Below the pieces are notes generated by a model, which was not told the origin of the DNA, made no database searches, and saw nothing but the letters and a program-made list of their open reading frames with translations. A stretch of DNA of 34,045 nt from Octopus sinensis (lineage: Eukaryota), in NCBI RefSeq assembly GCF_006345805.1, contig NW_021832643.1, positions 1 to 34,045 of the forward strand, given 5' to 3'. Of the stretch, positions 20,950-33,551 are shown piece by piece. Each line of letters opens with the position of its first letter. Positions within the stretch are counted from its first letter, which is position 1. The position numbers were made by a program, and so were the translations under genes.

Positions 20950-21283
20950 TACATACACACATACGCACACACACGCACACACTCACACACACACTCTCTA
21001 TCTCTTTTACACGCTCGCTCTCTTTCTCTCTCTCTCTCTTTCTTTCTTCCCGTCTCTTTCTCTTTCTTTCTTTATCCCCCCTCTCTCTCTTACACGCCCA
21101 CTCTCTCACACACACATACAACGAACTGACATCCATAAACCAACACATGCCCCACCCCCCACAAAGACATTAACACAACGAATACACGCACACAGTAATA
21201 TACACACACATACACACACCAACACTCAGACGCTAATACACACCAAAATACACATACACACAACATACAGATACATACACACC

Positions 21284-21365
<82 letters not shown>

Positions 21366-21836
21366 GGACAGACAGATAGACGTGTGTGTGAGTGTGTGTG
21401 TGCATATCTGTGACACAGTGAGTGTGTGAGTGTATGTACGTGTGAGTGTATGTATGTGTAAGTGTGTGTGTGCGTTTACACGTGTCTCTACCAACCAGCA
21501 TACACACACACACACACACACATATATATCAACATATACAAACATATACACCAACATACACACACACGCCAATATACACATACACGCACACAACATACAC
21601 ACACCAATAAACAGACGTCAAGACACACAGACACGCCCACACACCAATACATATAGATATACACCATACACACGGACACGGACACACACACACACACACA
21701 CGCACATTTCTTTGACGAAAAACTATATTAATTTCTTATAAAATATTTCCTTCATGTCATCCACTGTGGTTACCTGTGTGTGCGCGCGCGCGTGTGTGTG
21801 TATGTGTGTGTTTGTGCATGTGTGAGTGTGAGTGTG

Positions 21837-21870
<34 letters not shown>

Positions 21871-22182
21871 CATATCTGTGACACGGTGAGTGTGTGAGTG
21901 TATGTACGTGTGAGTGTATGCATGTGCGCATCTGTTCATGAATGTATGCACCTGTGTGAACGTGTCTATGTGTGTGTGTGCGTGTGAGTGTGTATGTGAG
22001 TGTGTATGTATGCCTATGCATGTATACATATCTGTGAAACTCTGAGAGTGTGTGAGTGTGTGAGTGTATACACATGTATATATAGGTGAGTATATGTATG
22101 TGCATATGTGTGCATGAATGTATGCACCTGTGTACACGTGTGTGTGTATGTGTGCGTTTACACGTGTCTCTACCAACCAGTT
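20950..22182. repeat. (CA)/(TG)/(GATA)/(GACA) compound field with internal direct duplications
   Basis: GCATATCTGTGACAC occurs near 21400 and 21870; GCGTTTACACGTGTCTCTACCAACCAG occurs near 21473 and 22153. Confidence 0.9.
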
Positions 22183-22434
22183 TCCGAACACATGCGCTGT
22201 AATCACGTGACACGAACACAATTTATTTTTATAGAATTATTTAGACCATTCTCTTTATACTCTATAGAAGGATGCACTCGCATTATCGATTATTAGTTTC
22301 AGAAGTGTCTTTGAGCGAAACTATGGCCGTTTGAGTAACTCTTCTCGTAATCTCAGCCAATAATAGTACACCTATGTGTGAAAATACGCACACACACACA
22401 CACACACACACAGGTGTAAGAGACATTTTTTTGC

Positions 22435-22602
22435 GATAACGACGATGATGACGACGATGATGACAACGATAATGACGATGATGATGATGATGATGATGAC
22501 GATGATGATGATGATGATGATAATGATGACGATGATGATGATGATGACAACGATAATGACGATGATGATGATGATGATGACGATGATGACAACGATAATG
22601 AC

Positions 22603-22643
<41 letters not shown>

Positions 22644-22794
22644 CAACGATAATGACGATGATGATGATGATGACGATGACGATGATGATGATGATGATGA
22701 TGATGATGACAACGATAATGACGATGATGATGATGATGATGATGACGATGATGATGATGTTAACGACGACGTCGATGATGATGATGATGATGAT
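22435..22794. repeat. (GAT/GAC)n degenerate trinucleotide repeat with periodic GACAACGATAAT
   Basis: Direct reading. Confidence 0.95.
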
Positions 22795-22804
22795 TCTTTC
22801 TATT

Positions 22805-22936
22805 AAAGGCACAAGGCCTGAAATTTTGGGGGAGATGGGAATAGTCGACCCCAGTGCGTAACTGGTACTTAATTTATGGACTCCGAAAATAAAAAAAAAG
22901 AAATGAAAGGCAAAGTCGACAGCGGCGGAATTTGAA
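22805..22936 (-). mobile_element. SINE family A, 3' portion
   Basis: Reverse complement of TTCAAATTCCGCC...GTCGACTTTGCCTTTC...AAGTACCAGTTACGCACTGGGGTCGA. Confidence 0.8.
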
Positions 22937-23012
22937 TAATAATAATGATGATGATGATGATGATGATGATAGTAATAATAGTAATAAGAATAATAATAAT
23001 AAGAAGAAGAAG

Positions 23013-23043
<31 letters not shown>

Positions 23044-23136
23044 ATAATAACAGCAATAACGAGGATGATAATAATAATAATAGTAGTAGTAGTAGTAGTA
23101 ATAATAATAATAATAATAATAATATTAGTAGTAGTA

Positions 23137-23175
<39 letters not shown>

Positions 23176-23307
23176 GTAGTAGTAGTAGTAGTAGTAATAA
23201 TAATAATAATATTAGTAGTAGTAGTAATAATAATAATAATAATAATAATAATAGTAGTAGTAGTAGTAGTAATAATAATAATAATAATAATATTAGTAGT
23301 AGTAGTA

Positions 23308-23340
<33 letters not shown>

Positions 23341-23423
23341 GTAGTAGTAGTAGTAATAATAATAATAATAATAATAATAGTAGTAGTAGTAATAATAATA
23401 ATAATAATAATAGTAGTAGTAGT

Positions 23424-23456
<33 letters not shown>

Positions 23457-23458
23457 AA
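22937..23458. repeat. (AAT)/(GAT)/(AAG)/(AAC)/(AGT) compound trinucleotide repeat
   Basis: Direct reading. Confidence 0.95.
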
Positions 23459-23939
23459 TTAGTGGTAAATAAAGGAAGAATTATGTTCTTTTTATTATAT
23501 TCAAAGGATGATTACAGAAATATAAATCTGAATGTGTGTGTGTGTGTGTGTTTTGTGGAGGGAGCGTGAGGGTAAAGGGAAGAGAGAGAGGATAAGAGAG
23601 AGAGAGCGAGAGAGAGAGAAAGGTGGGGGAGAGCAAGGATGAGGAATAGGAAGAGGCAGAAATTACTGTAGCAGTTGGTCCGTAGTTTAATATACATGAG
23701 GAGATAACTGTGGAGCATCTTGCCTTCGCGCACACTGCTACAATCATCGATCAGGTGATCAATAAAGGCAGGGAGAGATATCGGTTAAAATATGTTTGTA
23801 CATGATTGACGGAAAGTGGGTGAATGACCGCTGCACAGCACTTTAAGCAGAGCGGAGGAGAGATGCGGGGGAGGGGGGTTGGGTTGGGGTGCGTGGGTGG
23901 GTGGTGAGGGAGTGGGTGGATGTAGCAGAGATTGACCAG

Positions 23940-24830
23940 TGTCTGTGTGTCTGTATGTATGTATGTATACGGATGCATGTGAGTATGTGTGTGTGTATGG
24001 ATGGATGTATGTGTGTGTGTGTGTGCGTGCATGCATGTATGTGTGTGTGTATGTATGCATGTATGTATGCATGTATGTATGCATGTGTGTATGTGTGTGT
24101 GCATGCATGTATGTATGTGTGTGTGTGTGTACGTCATGTATGTATGTGTGTATGTATGTATATATATATGTATGTATTTATGTATGCATTTATGTTTGTA
24201 TGTATGTATGTATATATGTATGAAGGTATGTATGCATGTTTGGATGTGTGTGTGTGCGTGCATGCATGTATGTATGTGTGTGTGTGTGCGTCATGTATGT
24301 ATATATGTATGTATGTATGTATGTATGCATTTATGTTTGTATGTATGTATATATGTATGTATGCATGCATGTGGTGTATGTGTGTGCGTGCATCATGTAT
24401 GTATGTATGCATATGTGTACGTATGTGCATGTATACCACCACCAACACCACTACTACTACTACTACAACTACTGCTACTACTAATGCTGCTGCTACTACT
24501 ACTACTAGGACGACGACGACGACATATTGTTGTCGTCGCTGCCGTCCACTTTCTCCAACACCTCTTCCTTCGCCCCATTTACCACTATAACCGCCACCAT
24601 CACTACCATTATCACCGTGCTCACCATTGTGTTTGTTATATCATAATCACTGTCAGCATAATCATCGTCACCATAATCCTCATTACCACCACCACCACCA
24701 CCACCACTATCATCATCGTCATCGGCGTCGTCGTCGTCCTCGTGTTCAGTATCGTCATCGTCTTCATCTCCATCGATAGCATCATCATCATCGTCGACAC
24801 CGCAGTCCCTTCCTCTTCCTGTTCATCGTC
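23940..24830. repeat. (TATG)/(TG) then (ACT)/(ACC)/(ATC) low-complexity field
   Basis: Direct reading. Confidence 0.9.
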
Positions 24831-24835
24831 ATAAT

Positions 24836-24868
24836 CCCTGAGGAGGTTTATTCAAACCGAAACATAGT
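24836..24868 (+). ncRNA. Minimal HHR core relic
   Basis: CTGAGGA(24838-24844)-GGTTT attc AAACC-GAA-ACAT-A; core and stem II are perfect, stem I is essentially lost. Confidence 0.45.
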
Positions 24869-25096
24869 GCTGTCGCTGCATTTGAAAAAAAGGCAGAAAC
24901 ACTTCATCGTTCTTATTTTTATCAGTTTCAATTACAGTTATCTCCCCTGACACCCATCCGAATTACAACGACCTCTAATAGTTAATCTTTTCATTACAAG
25001 TGTAAAATTAATTGATTAGGTTGTTATGGACCACACAGTTAAACACGTTAGTCTGTTCTTGACTATATGTTCTTCATGCAGAAGGCATCCATGGGA

Positions 25097-25484
25097 AAAT
25101 TTACCATGTTGTTTCGTATGTGTGTGTGTGTACGTATGTATGTGTGTGCATGCATGTATATATGTGTGTATGTAAATGTGTATGTGTGTATATGTGTATG
25201 CATGTATGTATATATGCGTGTGTGTGTCTATGTACATGTCTGTATGTATATGTGTATGTATGTGTATGTGTAAGTATGTGTGTATGTATGTATATGTGTA
25301 TGTATGTGTACGTGTGAGTATGTATGTGTATGTGTGTGTATGTATGTATGTATATATTTATATGTATATATGTGTGTGTGTATATATGTATACACACAAT
25401 ACATATATTTTTAAATAAATACATACACATATATGTACATTCATGCCTACCTACCTACCTACTAACCTACATATTTACATGCAT

Positions 25485-25524
<40 letters not shown>

Positions 25525-25543
25525 TGTGTGTGTGTGTGTGTGT
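25097..25543. repeat. (TATGTG)/(TG) microsatellite field
   Basis: Direct reading. Confidence 0.9.
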
Positions 25544-25793
25544 TGGAACATAGCCGTTCTATAGTCGACCTCGCCGTAGAAGTGGTCTGCTGAAAAATTT
25601 AAAGTACACGTAATAGCAGCAGCAACAGCAGGACAATCAGCAGTAAACACACTGCAGCAGCAGCGGCAACACCTTCAGCAGCAAAACAACAGAGTCATGT
25701 GAAGAGAATGAAGAACGCTGCCAGATTGTCTATGGCGTTTTAAGATTTCTTTGATTTTCATATCATTTCCTCTCTCTCTTTCTCTCTCTCTCT

Positions 25794-26215
25794 GTATTCT
25801 TTTATTTGTTTCGGTCATTTGACTGCGGCCATGCTTCAGCACCGCCTTTAGTCGAACAATTCGACCCTCCCCCCCACCCAGGACTTATGCTTCGAAAGCC
25901 TAGCACTTATCCTATCGGTTCTCTTTTGCCGAATCGCTAAGTTACGGGGACGTAAACACGCCAACATCGGTTGTCAAGCCATGGTGGGGGAGAAACACAG
26001 ACACACAAACAAACACAGACATACACGCACACACACACACACATACACCCACCGACGGGCTTCTTTCAGTTTCTGCCTGCCAAATCCACTGACAAAGCTT
26101 TGGTGGTGCCGAGGCTATAGTAGAAGACACTTGCCCAAGGTGCCACGCAGTGGGACTGAACCCGGAACCATATGGCTGGTAAGCAAGCTACTTACCACAC
26201 AGCCACTCCTACGCC
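25794..26215 (-). mobile_element. SINE family B, full-length
   Basis: Family B head, box and tail on the minus strand. Confidence 0.9.
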
Positions 26216-26519
26216 TATATGGAGAGAGAGGGTGGGGTGAAGGTAGTGTACTTATTTAAGCTGAAGCTACAGGGTTATACAGTATAGCAATACAATATAA
26301 GTTGACAACGAGTACGTATAACTGGTCATGAAATAGGCGTCCTATATTTCGAGGAGAAATGCGCTTATCTTCCCCACCACTTCCACCATTGCCCACCCCA
26401 ACAATTAGTTGAAAATTAGAACGACATTTGATATGATCACGTGACCACGTCAATATTAAATAAACGTTCTATACGAGGTCCGAAGTCTCATTAGAGAAAT
26501 ACAAAGGATTAAGACTTGG

Positions 26520-26670
26520 AGTTGTGAAGAAGCTCGCTTTGGCAATCTCTTAGTTGCAGGTTCAGTCTCACTGCGCGGCACTTTGGGCCGACCATTGCTT
26601 TGTGAAGGAATTTGGAAGACGGAAACCGTGTGGGGGGGGGGCGTCGTGCGTGCGTGTATGTGTTGGAAGC
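26520..26670 (+). mobile_element. Old, diverged SINE family B fragment
   Basis: GGTTCAGTCTCACTGCGCGGCACTTTGGGCCGACC...GGAAGACGGAAAC with an internal deletion. Confidence 0.55.
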
Positions 26671-27035
26671 TCGGAGGAAATGAGCAGTGATTTGGCCAAC
26701 ACTTTCGACTCATCAGTAAGGGGCTGTTACGCTTCGGGGGTCAAGACACCCGATGAGTGTTGGATACCGTCTAATGACATCAGTTCCTCCTGGTCAAAGC
26801 CCCAGGCGCTTTGGTAAATGAAAAAGAAGTATTTTCTTGTAGGGATTATCAATAGCTTAATAAAAGTAATTATTTGGTAAAAATCACACTCCGACAATCA
26901 ATCCAGGTGAAATGTAAAACTTTCGTTCTTCCATACAAAAATCCCAGTTTTTCTACACTTTTGGACTGTTCATAGGTCTTGTTGCTAGCAATAGGACAAT
27001 AAAGACATGTCATTGATTATTATTATTATTATTAT

Positions 27036-27086
<51 letters not shown>

Positions 27087-27441
27087 CTTCATGGTATAGT
27101 CGAAAGTTTTTGTTCATATATTATTTTAATCACAACTCAGTTGGTAACTAAACAGTCCCCAATCTTGTCTATGGGAGGTGAAAAGTGACAAAGTAGAGGA
27201 AACGTTTCTATTAAATAAATTGATGCAGAACCAACGATAGAACTTTTACGGTATCACGTGTCCTACGAGATCAGAGGTCGGGGAACTTTTTTAACCAATT
27301 ACCTCAAAATATATCTATTTATGCCGACGTTACCCCCTTGATTTGAAAGAAGAAAATCATAGATTCTTTGAATTTAAAAGGTTCATTGAATATATTTATA
27401 TTGAGAATATAATTATAAGTATAAAAAGTTTAAAACAAATT

Positions 27442-27868
27442 CGCAGGAGTTGCTGTGTGGCAAGTAGCTTGCTTACCAACCACATGGTTCTGGGTTCAGT
27501 CCCACTGCGTGACACCTTGGGCAAGTGTCTTCTTCTACTATAGCCTCGGGCCGACCAAAGCCTTGTGAGTTGATTTGGTAGACGGAAACTGAAAGAAGCC
27601 CGTCATATATATATATATATATGTATGTATATGTATGTATATGTATGTGTGTGTATATGTTTGTGTGTCTGTGTTTGTCCCCCACAACATCGCTTGACAA
27701 CCGATACTGGTGTGTTTACGTCCCCGTAACTTAGCGGTTCGGCAAAAGAGACCGATAGAATAAGTACTAGTCTTACAAAGAATAAGTCCTGGGGTCGATT
27801 TGCATGACTACAGGCGGTGCTCCAGCATGGCCGCAGTCAAATGACTAAAACAAGTAAAAGAGTAAAGA
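27442..27868 (+). mobile_element. SINE family B, full-length
   Basis: Head at 27442 and tail GTAAAAGAGTAAAGAG. Confidence 0.9.
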
Positions 27869-27944
27869 GAACACGATGCGTTGTAAGATATACAGATTAT
27901 AAGATACATCTTTTATAAGATATAAAGACTATAGGAAGACTGTT

Positions 27945-28328
27945 GCATGAGTGGCTGTGTGGTAAGTAGCTTGCTAACCAACCATATGGTTCCGGGTTCA
28001 GTCCCACTGCGTGGCACCTTGGACAAGTGTCTTCTACTATAGCCTCGGGCCGACCAAAGCCTTGTGAGTGGATTTGGTAGACGGAAACGGAAAATGAATA
28101 TATATGTGTGTGTGTCTGTGTTTGTCCCCCTAGCATTGCTTGACAACCGATGCTGGTGTGTTTACGTCCCCGTCACTTAGCGGTTCGGCAAAATGAGACC
28201 GATAGAATAAGTACTGGGCTTACAAAGAATAAGTCCCGGGGTCGATTTGCTCGATTAAAGGCGGTGCTCCAGCATGGCCGTAGTCAAATGACTGAAACAA
28301 GTAAAAGAGTAAAAGAGAGAAAAGAGAG
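27945..28328 (+). mobile_element. SINE family B, full-length
   Basis: Head GAGTGGCTGTGTGG and tail GTAAAAGAGTAAAAGAG. Confidence 0.9.
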
Positions 28329-28656
28329 ACCATAAGGTGTATATAGGATGTCTGTTATAAGATATTATATAGCCTGGAGGAGGTCTGTTATAAGAGATTT
28401 AACAATCTCATCTGAAACGTTGACAACCTTGGTGCCAGTTTTGGTCACCCTTGCCTTTCATTCTTCCGAGGTCAACAAAAAAGTACCATTCCAAGGCAGT
28501 GCATTGGCACAACGCTAAGAACGTCGGACCAGATGTATTCTGGCATTTGTTCCGACTCTCTGCATCCTGGTATTTTCCTCGTTTCTTTGTCACTCTGTCG
28601 TATTGAAGTTTCTCAATATTATTAATTGAATGGTGGGGCATCCAAGGGTGATCCAT

Positions 28657-28990
28657 TACTCTTTCTCTTTTACTCTTTTACTTGTTTCAGTCATTTGACT
28701 GCGGCCATGGTGGAGCACCACCTTTTAGTCGAGCAAATCGACCCCAGGACTTATTCTTTGTAAGCTCAGTACTTATTCTATCGGTCTCTTTTGCCGAACC
28801 GCTACACATACACATATATATACATATATACGACAGGCTTCTTTCAGTTTCCGCCTACCAAATCCACTCACAAGGCATTGGTCGGCCCGGGGCTATAGCA
28901 GAAGACACTTGCCCAAGATGCCACGCAGTGGGACTGAACCCGGAACCATGTGGTTGGTTAGCAAGCTACTTACCACACAGCCACTCCTGC
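28657..28990 (-). mobile_element. SINE family B with internal deletion
   Basis: GCCGAACCGCTA joins directly to the (CATA) run, omitting the GGGGACGTAAACACACC segment. Confidence 0.88.
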
Positions 28991-29215
28991 TGGGATTTAA
29001 GCAAAAAATTCGGATTGTCCATATTTCAAGCACTGATTAAAAAAATAAATTGAAAAGGAGAGGAAATCTTATGATTTATGGGGGTGGGGGATGGGTTAAA
29101 AAAGTTTTGAAAAAAACTTTTTTTGAATAATCGTACGAATTCCTGTGTGTAGAACACAAATTCACAAAAATTTTCAAAAAATCCATAAAAATAAGAAAAG
29201 TTATGAGGGTGTTAT

Positions 29216-29452
29216 AGCAATTTAAAGGGAAAGGAAAAGTCGATTATATCGATCTCAATGTTCAACTGGTATTTGTTTTATCGGCCCTGTAAGGACGAAA
29301 AGTAAAGACGACTTCGCTGAGATTTGAACCAAAAACGTAAAGGCGGACGAAATGTTGCTAAGTATTTTGTTCGGAGTGCTAATGACTCCTCCAGCTGACA
29401 GCCTAATGTCGCGAAAAAAATTTCGTTTCTACTCTAGGCACAAGGCCCGAAA
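29216..29452 (-). mobile_element. SINE family A junction fragment, inverted paralogue of 14268-14511
   Basis: Shares the inter-unit spacer TTTTCG(C/T)GACATT and the variant GGAGGAGTCATTAGCACTCC. Confidence 0.8.
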
Positions 29453-30019
29453 GTTATTGGGTGCTTAAACCAGAATTTTACCACCAGTTGGTTGCTATTT
29501 CTAGCATTTCAGAGTCACCTCACAAGGGCTTGTTCACAAGATACCTAGAAAGATAGGTAACAGATGATATTCGTCTCAGACACCTGACACACCGTTTAAA
29601 CTATGTGCGTGGGAAAGGAAAACTGCAGCCTGACCGTTGGATGTTTTCTATATTAACAGCAGCAGGAAGTCTGTTGATTACTAGGTTGGCCTGGCCGAAT
29701 ACCTACGTCCAAACTGGCCTAATAATGTGGTCAGAGAGGGAGCGAGTTTCCAGCTTAACGAAACCGTAAAGGTGTTGGTGTCGGTGGTGGTGGTGGGTAC
29801 GTGAGGAGTTACCAAAATGTTTGAAGTGTGGTTCCTATTTTAATGATAGAGTGTGACTGAGAGCATAGATTGACGTCAGGTGCTTGGTTTTATATATTGT
29901 CTAACATTAGTCAATGGTCAAATATATATTTTTATAATTAACACTGATTGCTCTTTCAGCTTGTTTTTCTGTTGTTCTTCATCTTGCATGACACAGGTGC
30001 GTACACACAAACACACACA

Positions 30020-30082
30020 AAATGTTCAACTGGTATTTGTTTTATCGGCCCTGCCGATAAAACAAATACCAGTTGAACATTT
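30020..30082. repeat. Perfect 30-bp hairpin with a 3-nt loop
   Basis: Arms at 30020-30049 and 30053-30082; 30021-30053 is identical to 29257-29289. Confidence 0.95.
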
Positions 30083-30093
30083 ATATATATATG

Positions 30094-30469
30094 TACTAGC
30101 AGTATCGCCCGGCGTTGCTCAGGTTTGTAAGGGAAATAACTATAAAGCATTTTTAGAGAGTTATAGCCAAAAAATAGCAAAAAAATGGAAAAAAAATTTT
30201 TTTGAGAGTTAAAAAGGTCGAGTTGCGTCCCCTAGACAGTTTGTGGTTTGTGTTTCTGATTCTCGACCCCATGTCGAATTTATCGATTTTTTTCAGAACT
30301 GGGGCAACTTTTCAAAATTTTCGCTGCGTTAGTTTTGAATTATGACATTGGGCTATGTGTGTGTCAAGTTTCATCAGAATCGGTTGAAAGCCGTGGTCAG
30401 GGTGAGGGTACAACCTGACAGACACACAGAAACACACAGAGACAAACTGCCGTTTATATATAGAGAGAT
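30094..30469 (+). mobile_element. Non-autonomous Helitron/Helentron-type element (Lep1/DINE-1-like)
   Basis: 5' TACTAGCAGTATCGCCCGGCGTTGCTC; 3' CAAGTTTCATCAGAATCGGTTG...(ACAG)-like repeats...AAACTGCCGTTTATATATAGAGAGAT. This is the terminal layout of Lep1-like Helitrons. Confidence 0.65.
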
Positions 30470-31444
30470 AATATCGAAGGATAATCTGAAATATTAGAAA
30501 TTTCCATTACCAGTGGCCTAGAGTGTAAATATTTAGTCAATAGACTAAGGTGTACCTGCTGAAGAAGGTTTCACCTAGAAAATTATTTTATTTGCTAAAA
30601 AAAAGTCTGAAACCATTGGAGTTAGATGGTAAATGTTTTTATTTTTCTTTCCCTTCGAAATTTTATCCCTAATAGTGGTTTAGAATTTAACTGTCCTCTC
30701 TAGCGTGCAGGTAGTCCTATGATGGATGCCTCTTACGTATTTATATGCGTTTGTGTGTGTGTGTGTATACATATACATATGTGTGTGTGTGTGTACTTAT
30801 ATATATATGTATATAATGTACATATATATTCACATATATGTATATAACAAACATACCCAGCTCGGCACGCACACATCTACAATATATATATATATACACA
30901 TGCATGCTTGAGGGTCGTGCAAGAAAGCACGTGCCTGATATTACGAGTTTCTCGTTTCCCTGGTGTGTAATCTGCGAGTGCGCGTTCGAATGCTAATATC
31001 TCTATGCATGCCTGTGGTTGGTAGTTTGTGTGTGAGAAAAAGAGAGAGAAAGAGAGAGGGAGGGAGGGAGAGAGGTGGCGGCTTGTATAGGAATGCTAAC
31101 GTATTTGTGTGTATGATTGTGTGAATGCTTGTATGTATGCGTTTTAGAATGCATAAATGTGTGTGTGTGTGTGTGTGTGTGTGTGATGTTGCTGCACACT
31201 AGTGTGTTTGTGTCTGTGTGTTTGTGTCTGTGTGTTTGTCTATAAGCAACAAACTTGTTTTATTTTCTAACGAGCCATATCGATCTCTCTCGGCTTCAGT
31301 GAATATTGGATCACGTGACAGCGATAGGCTGTACGTGATCGATCTTCATTGAAGTTATCCAGCGAGGCATTCATCTCGACAACATCAGAATCACCAGCAT
31401 TGTGATAAGCGCCATTAGCGACGCCGCCATCGCCGACGTTGTGG

Positions 31445-32196
31445 TGGTCGTCGTCGTCGTCTTCGTAATCGTCATCGTCTCGTTGTTGCCATCATCCTCA
31501 TCTTCGTGTCGTCGTCGTCAACGTCACCGTCGTCATCTTCATCGTCGCCGTCATCATCATCGTCGCCATCATCCTTGTCGTCATCATCGTCGTCGTCATC
31601 TTCGTCGTCATCGTCGTCATCTTCGTCGTCATCGTCATCTTCGTTGTCGTTGCCATCATCGTCGTCATCATTGTCGTCGTCATCATCGTCGTCGTCATCT
31701 TCATCGTCGTCATCTTCGTCGTCGTCGTCATCGTCGTCCTCGTCATCGTCGTCGTCATCTTCGTCGTCGTCGTCGTCATCTTCGTCGTCGTCGTCATCTT
31801 CGTCGTCGTCATCGTCGTCGTCATCTTCGTTGTCGTCGTCATCTTCGTCGTCGTCGTCATCTTCGTCGTCGTCATCGTCGTCGTCGTCATCTTCGTCGTC
31901 GTCGTCGTCATCTTCGTTGTCGTCGTCATCTTCGTCGTCGTCCTCGTCATCGTCGTCGTCATCTTCGTCGACGTCGTCGTCGCCATCATCGCCGTCGTCA
32001 TCTTCGTCGCTGTCGTCGTCATCGCCGTCGTCGTCATCTTCGTCGTCGTCGACATCGTCGCCGTCGTCATCTTCGTTGTTGTCATCATCGTCGCCGTCGT
32101 CATCGTCGTCGCCATCATCGTCATCTTCGTCATCGTCGTCGTCATCATCGTCGTCGTCAACTTCGTCGTTGTCGTCATCGTCGCCATCGTCGTCGT
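31445..32196. repeat. (GTC/ATC)n degenerate trinucleotide repeat with periodic ATCTT
   Basis: Direct reading; gives the poly-S, poly-R/H and poly-D/E ORFs. Confidence 0.95.
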
Positions 32197-32555
32197 AGGT
32201 TTGGTAAAATAGACGTGATTCGGACTTGACTCCATGGCACAGCACTCACTTAAGGAATATGTGTTTTACAATAGCCTCGGCGGAACGGAAGAGGCAAAAT
32301 GTTAGGAACGAAATTTAGTGGGGGTCTTTTCTTGTTCCCTACATTGTAAACATTAACCCATTCTCGGGTAAAGCACTACCACGTGACTATTAAATACCTG
32401 TCGCAGAGCCCTCTCTGTCGCAAACAGCTGGACCAAGTTTTCGATCTAAAAATACCTTGTTCCTCTCCTACCTGCTGTCACAGAAGCTCCTAACAAGGGT
32501 GAGGGGCGTGTCCCTTCCACAACCCATGAAAAATAAAGAAATCAATTTGTGATTT

Positions 32556-32622
32556 AAATCTAATTTAGATTTCAGACAACCAGGTACAAGTTTGATGAAA
32601 ACGTGAAACTTTTTGAATACAC
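32556..32622 (-). mobile_element. Possible mariner-type transposon end
   Basis: Minus strand GGTGTATTCAAAAAGTTTC resembles mariner TIRs; cut by the SINE at 32621. Confidence 0.35.
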
Positions 32623-32910
32623 CAAAGCCTTGTGAGTGGATTTGGTAGACGGAAACTGAAAGACGCCCGTCGTATATATGTATATATATGTATGTGTATA
32701 TGTTTGTGTGTCTGTGTTTGTCCCCCCAACATCGCTTGACAACCTATGCTGCTGTGTTTACGTCCACGTAACTTAGCGCTTTGGTAAAAAAAAGAACCGA
32801 TAGAATAAGTACTCGGCTTACAAAGAATAAGTCCTGGGGTCGATTTGCTCAACTAAAAGGCAGTGCTCCAGCATGGCCGCAGTCAAATGACTGAAACAAG
32901 TAAAAGAGAG
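32621..32910 (+). mobile_element. SINE family B, 5'-truncated
   Basis: ACCAAAGCCTTGTGAGTGG through GTAAAAGAG. Confidence 0.88.
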
Positions 32911-33426
32911 TATAGAGTAATCACTGTTGTATTAAGTCTTTAAAACAGAGGCAACCCCAGAGACACCGTTTCAAGGAATGTGGAGCAAATGAATTCAAAG
33001 ACTTCATCTTTGGCGACGTTATGAGATGAATGATAATATTTTTTATGCTTCTTTCATTTCCTGTCATTCAATACAAGATAAACATTGTTTTTTTGGTTCT
33101 TCAACTGTTTTTCTTCTAAAGAGACGATTAGAAAAGGGAGCATAAAACCTTGGGCATCGTCGCTTATATTTTTAGCAGAGTGGGTGAAGAGGGAAGAGGT
33201 GCCGCAGTCGAAGAAAGCATTGGCTGGTTGGTTGGTTGGATATTTGGTAGGATGGTTGTATGATGGGTATAGAGAGAAGGGGCGAGGGAGTTTTAAAAAA
33301 AAAGGGAGTCAGAGGCGGTGGACAGACGAACAGGCAAGAAGGCCGACAGACAGACAGACTGTCGCACGTGCATCTAGTTACAAAGATAAGACAGAGATTA
33401 ACGAGACTTCTAGCTGGGAGCCTAGG

Positions 33427-33457
<31 letters not shown>

Positions 33458-33551
33458 TGTGTGTGCATATATATATATATATATATAGTTTGTGCGTTTG
33501 TATGTGTTGCATAAGTGAGTGTATACATATATACACATATTTATATATATT

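Noticed and set aside
26690-26725. Minus-strand CTGATGAGTCGAAA
   Set aside because: Stem II is collapsed, position 17 is G, and there is no stem I.
29640-29810. Acceptor-like TTTTCTATATTAACAG followed by protein-like frames
   Set aside because: Stops or weak donors in each frame, and no recognisable family.
31472-32245. 257-aa poly-Asp/Glu ORF resembling acidic biomineralisation proteins
   Set aside because: GTG start, no signal peptide and no splice acceptor. The D/N/E/G mix is explained by slippage and CpG decay of (GAC)n, and similar tracts occur at 22435.
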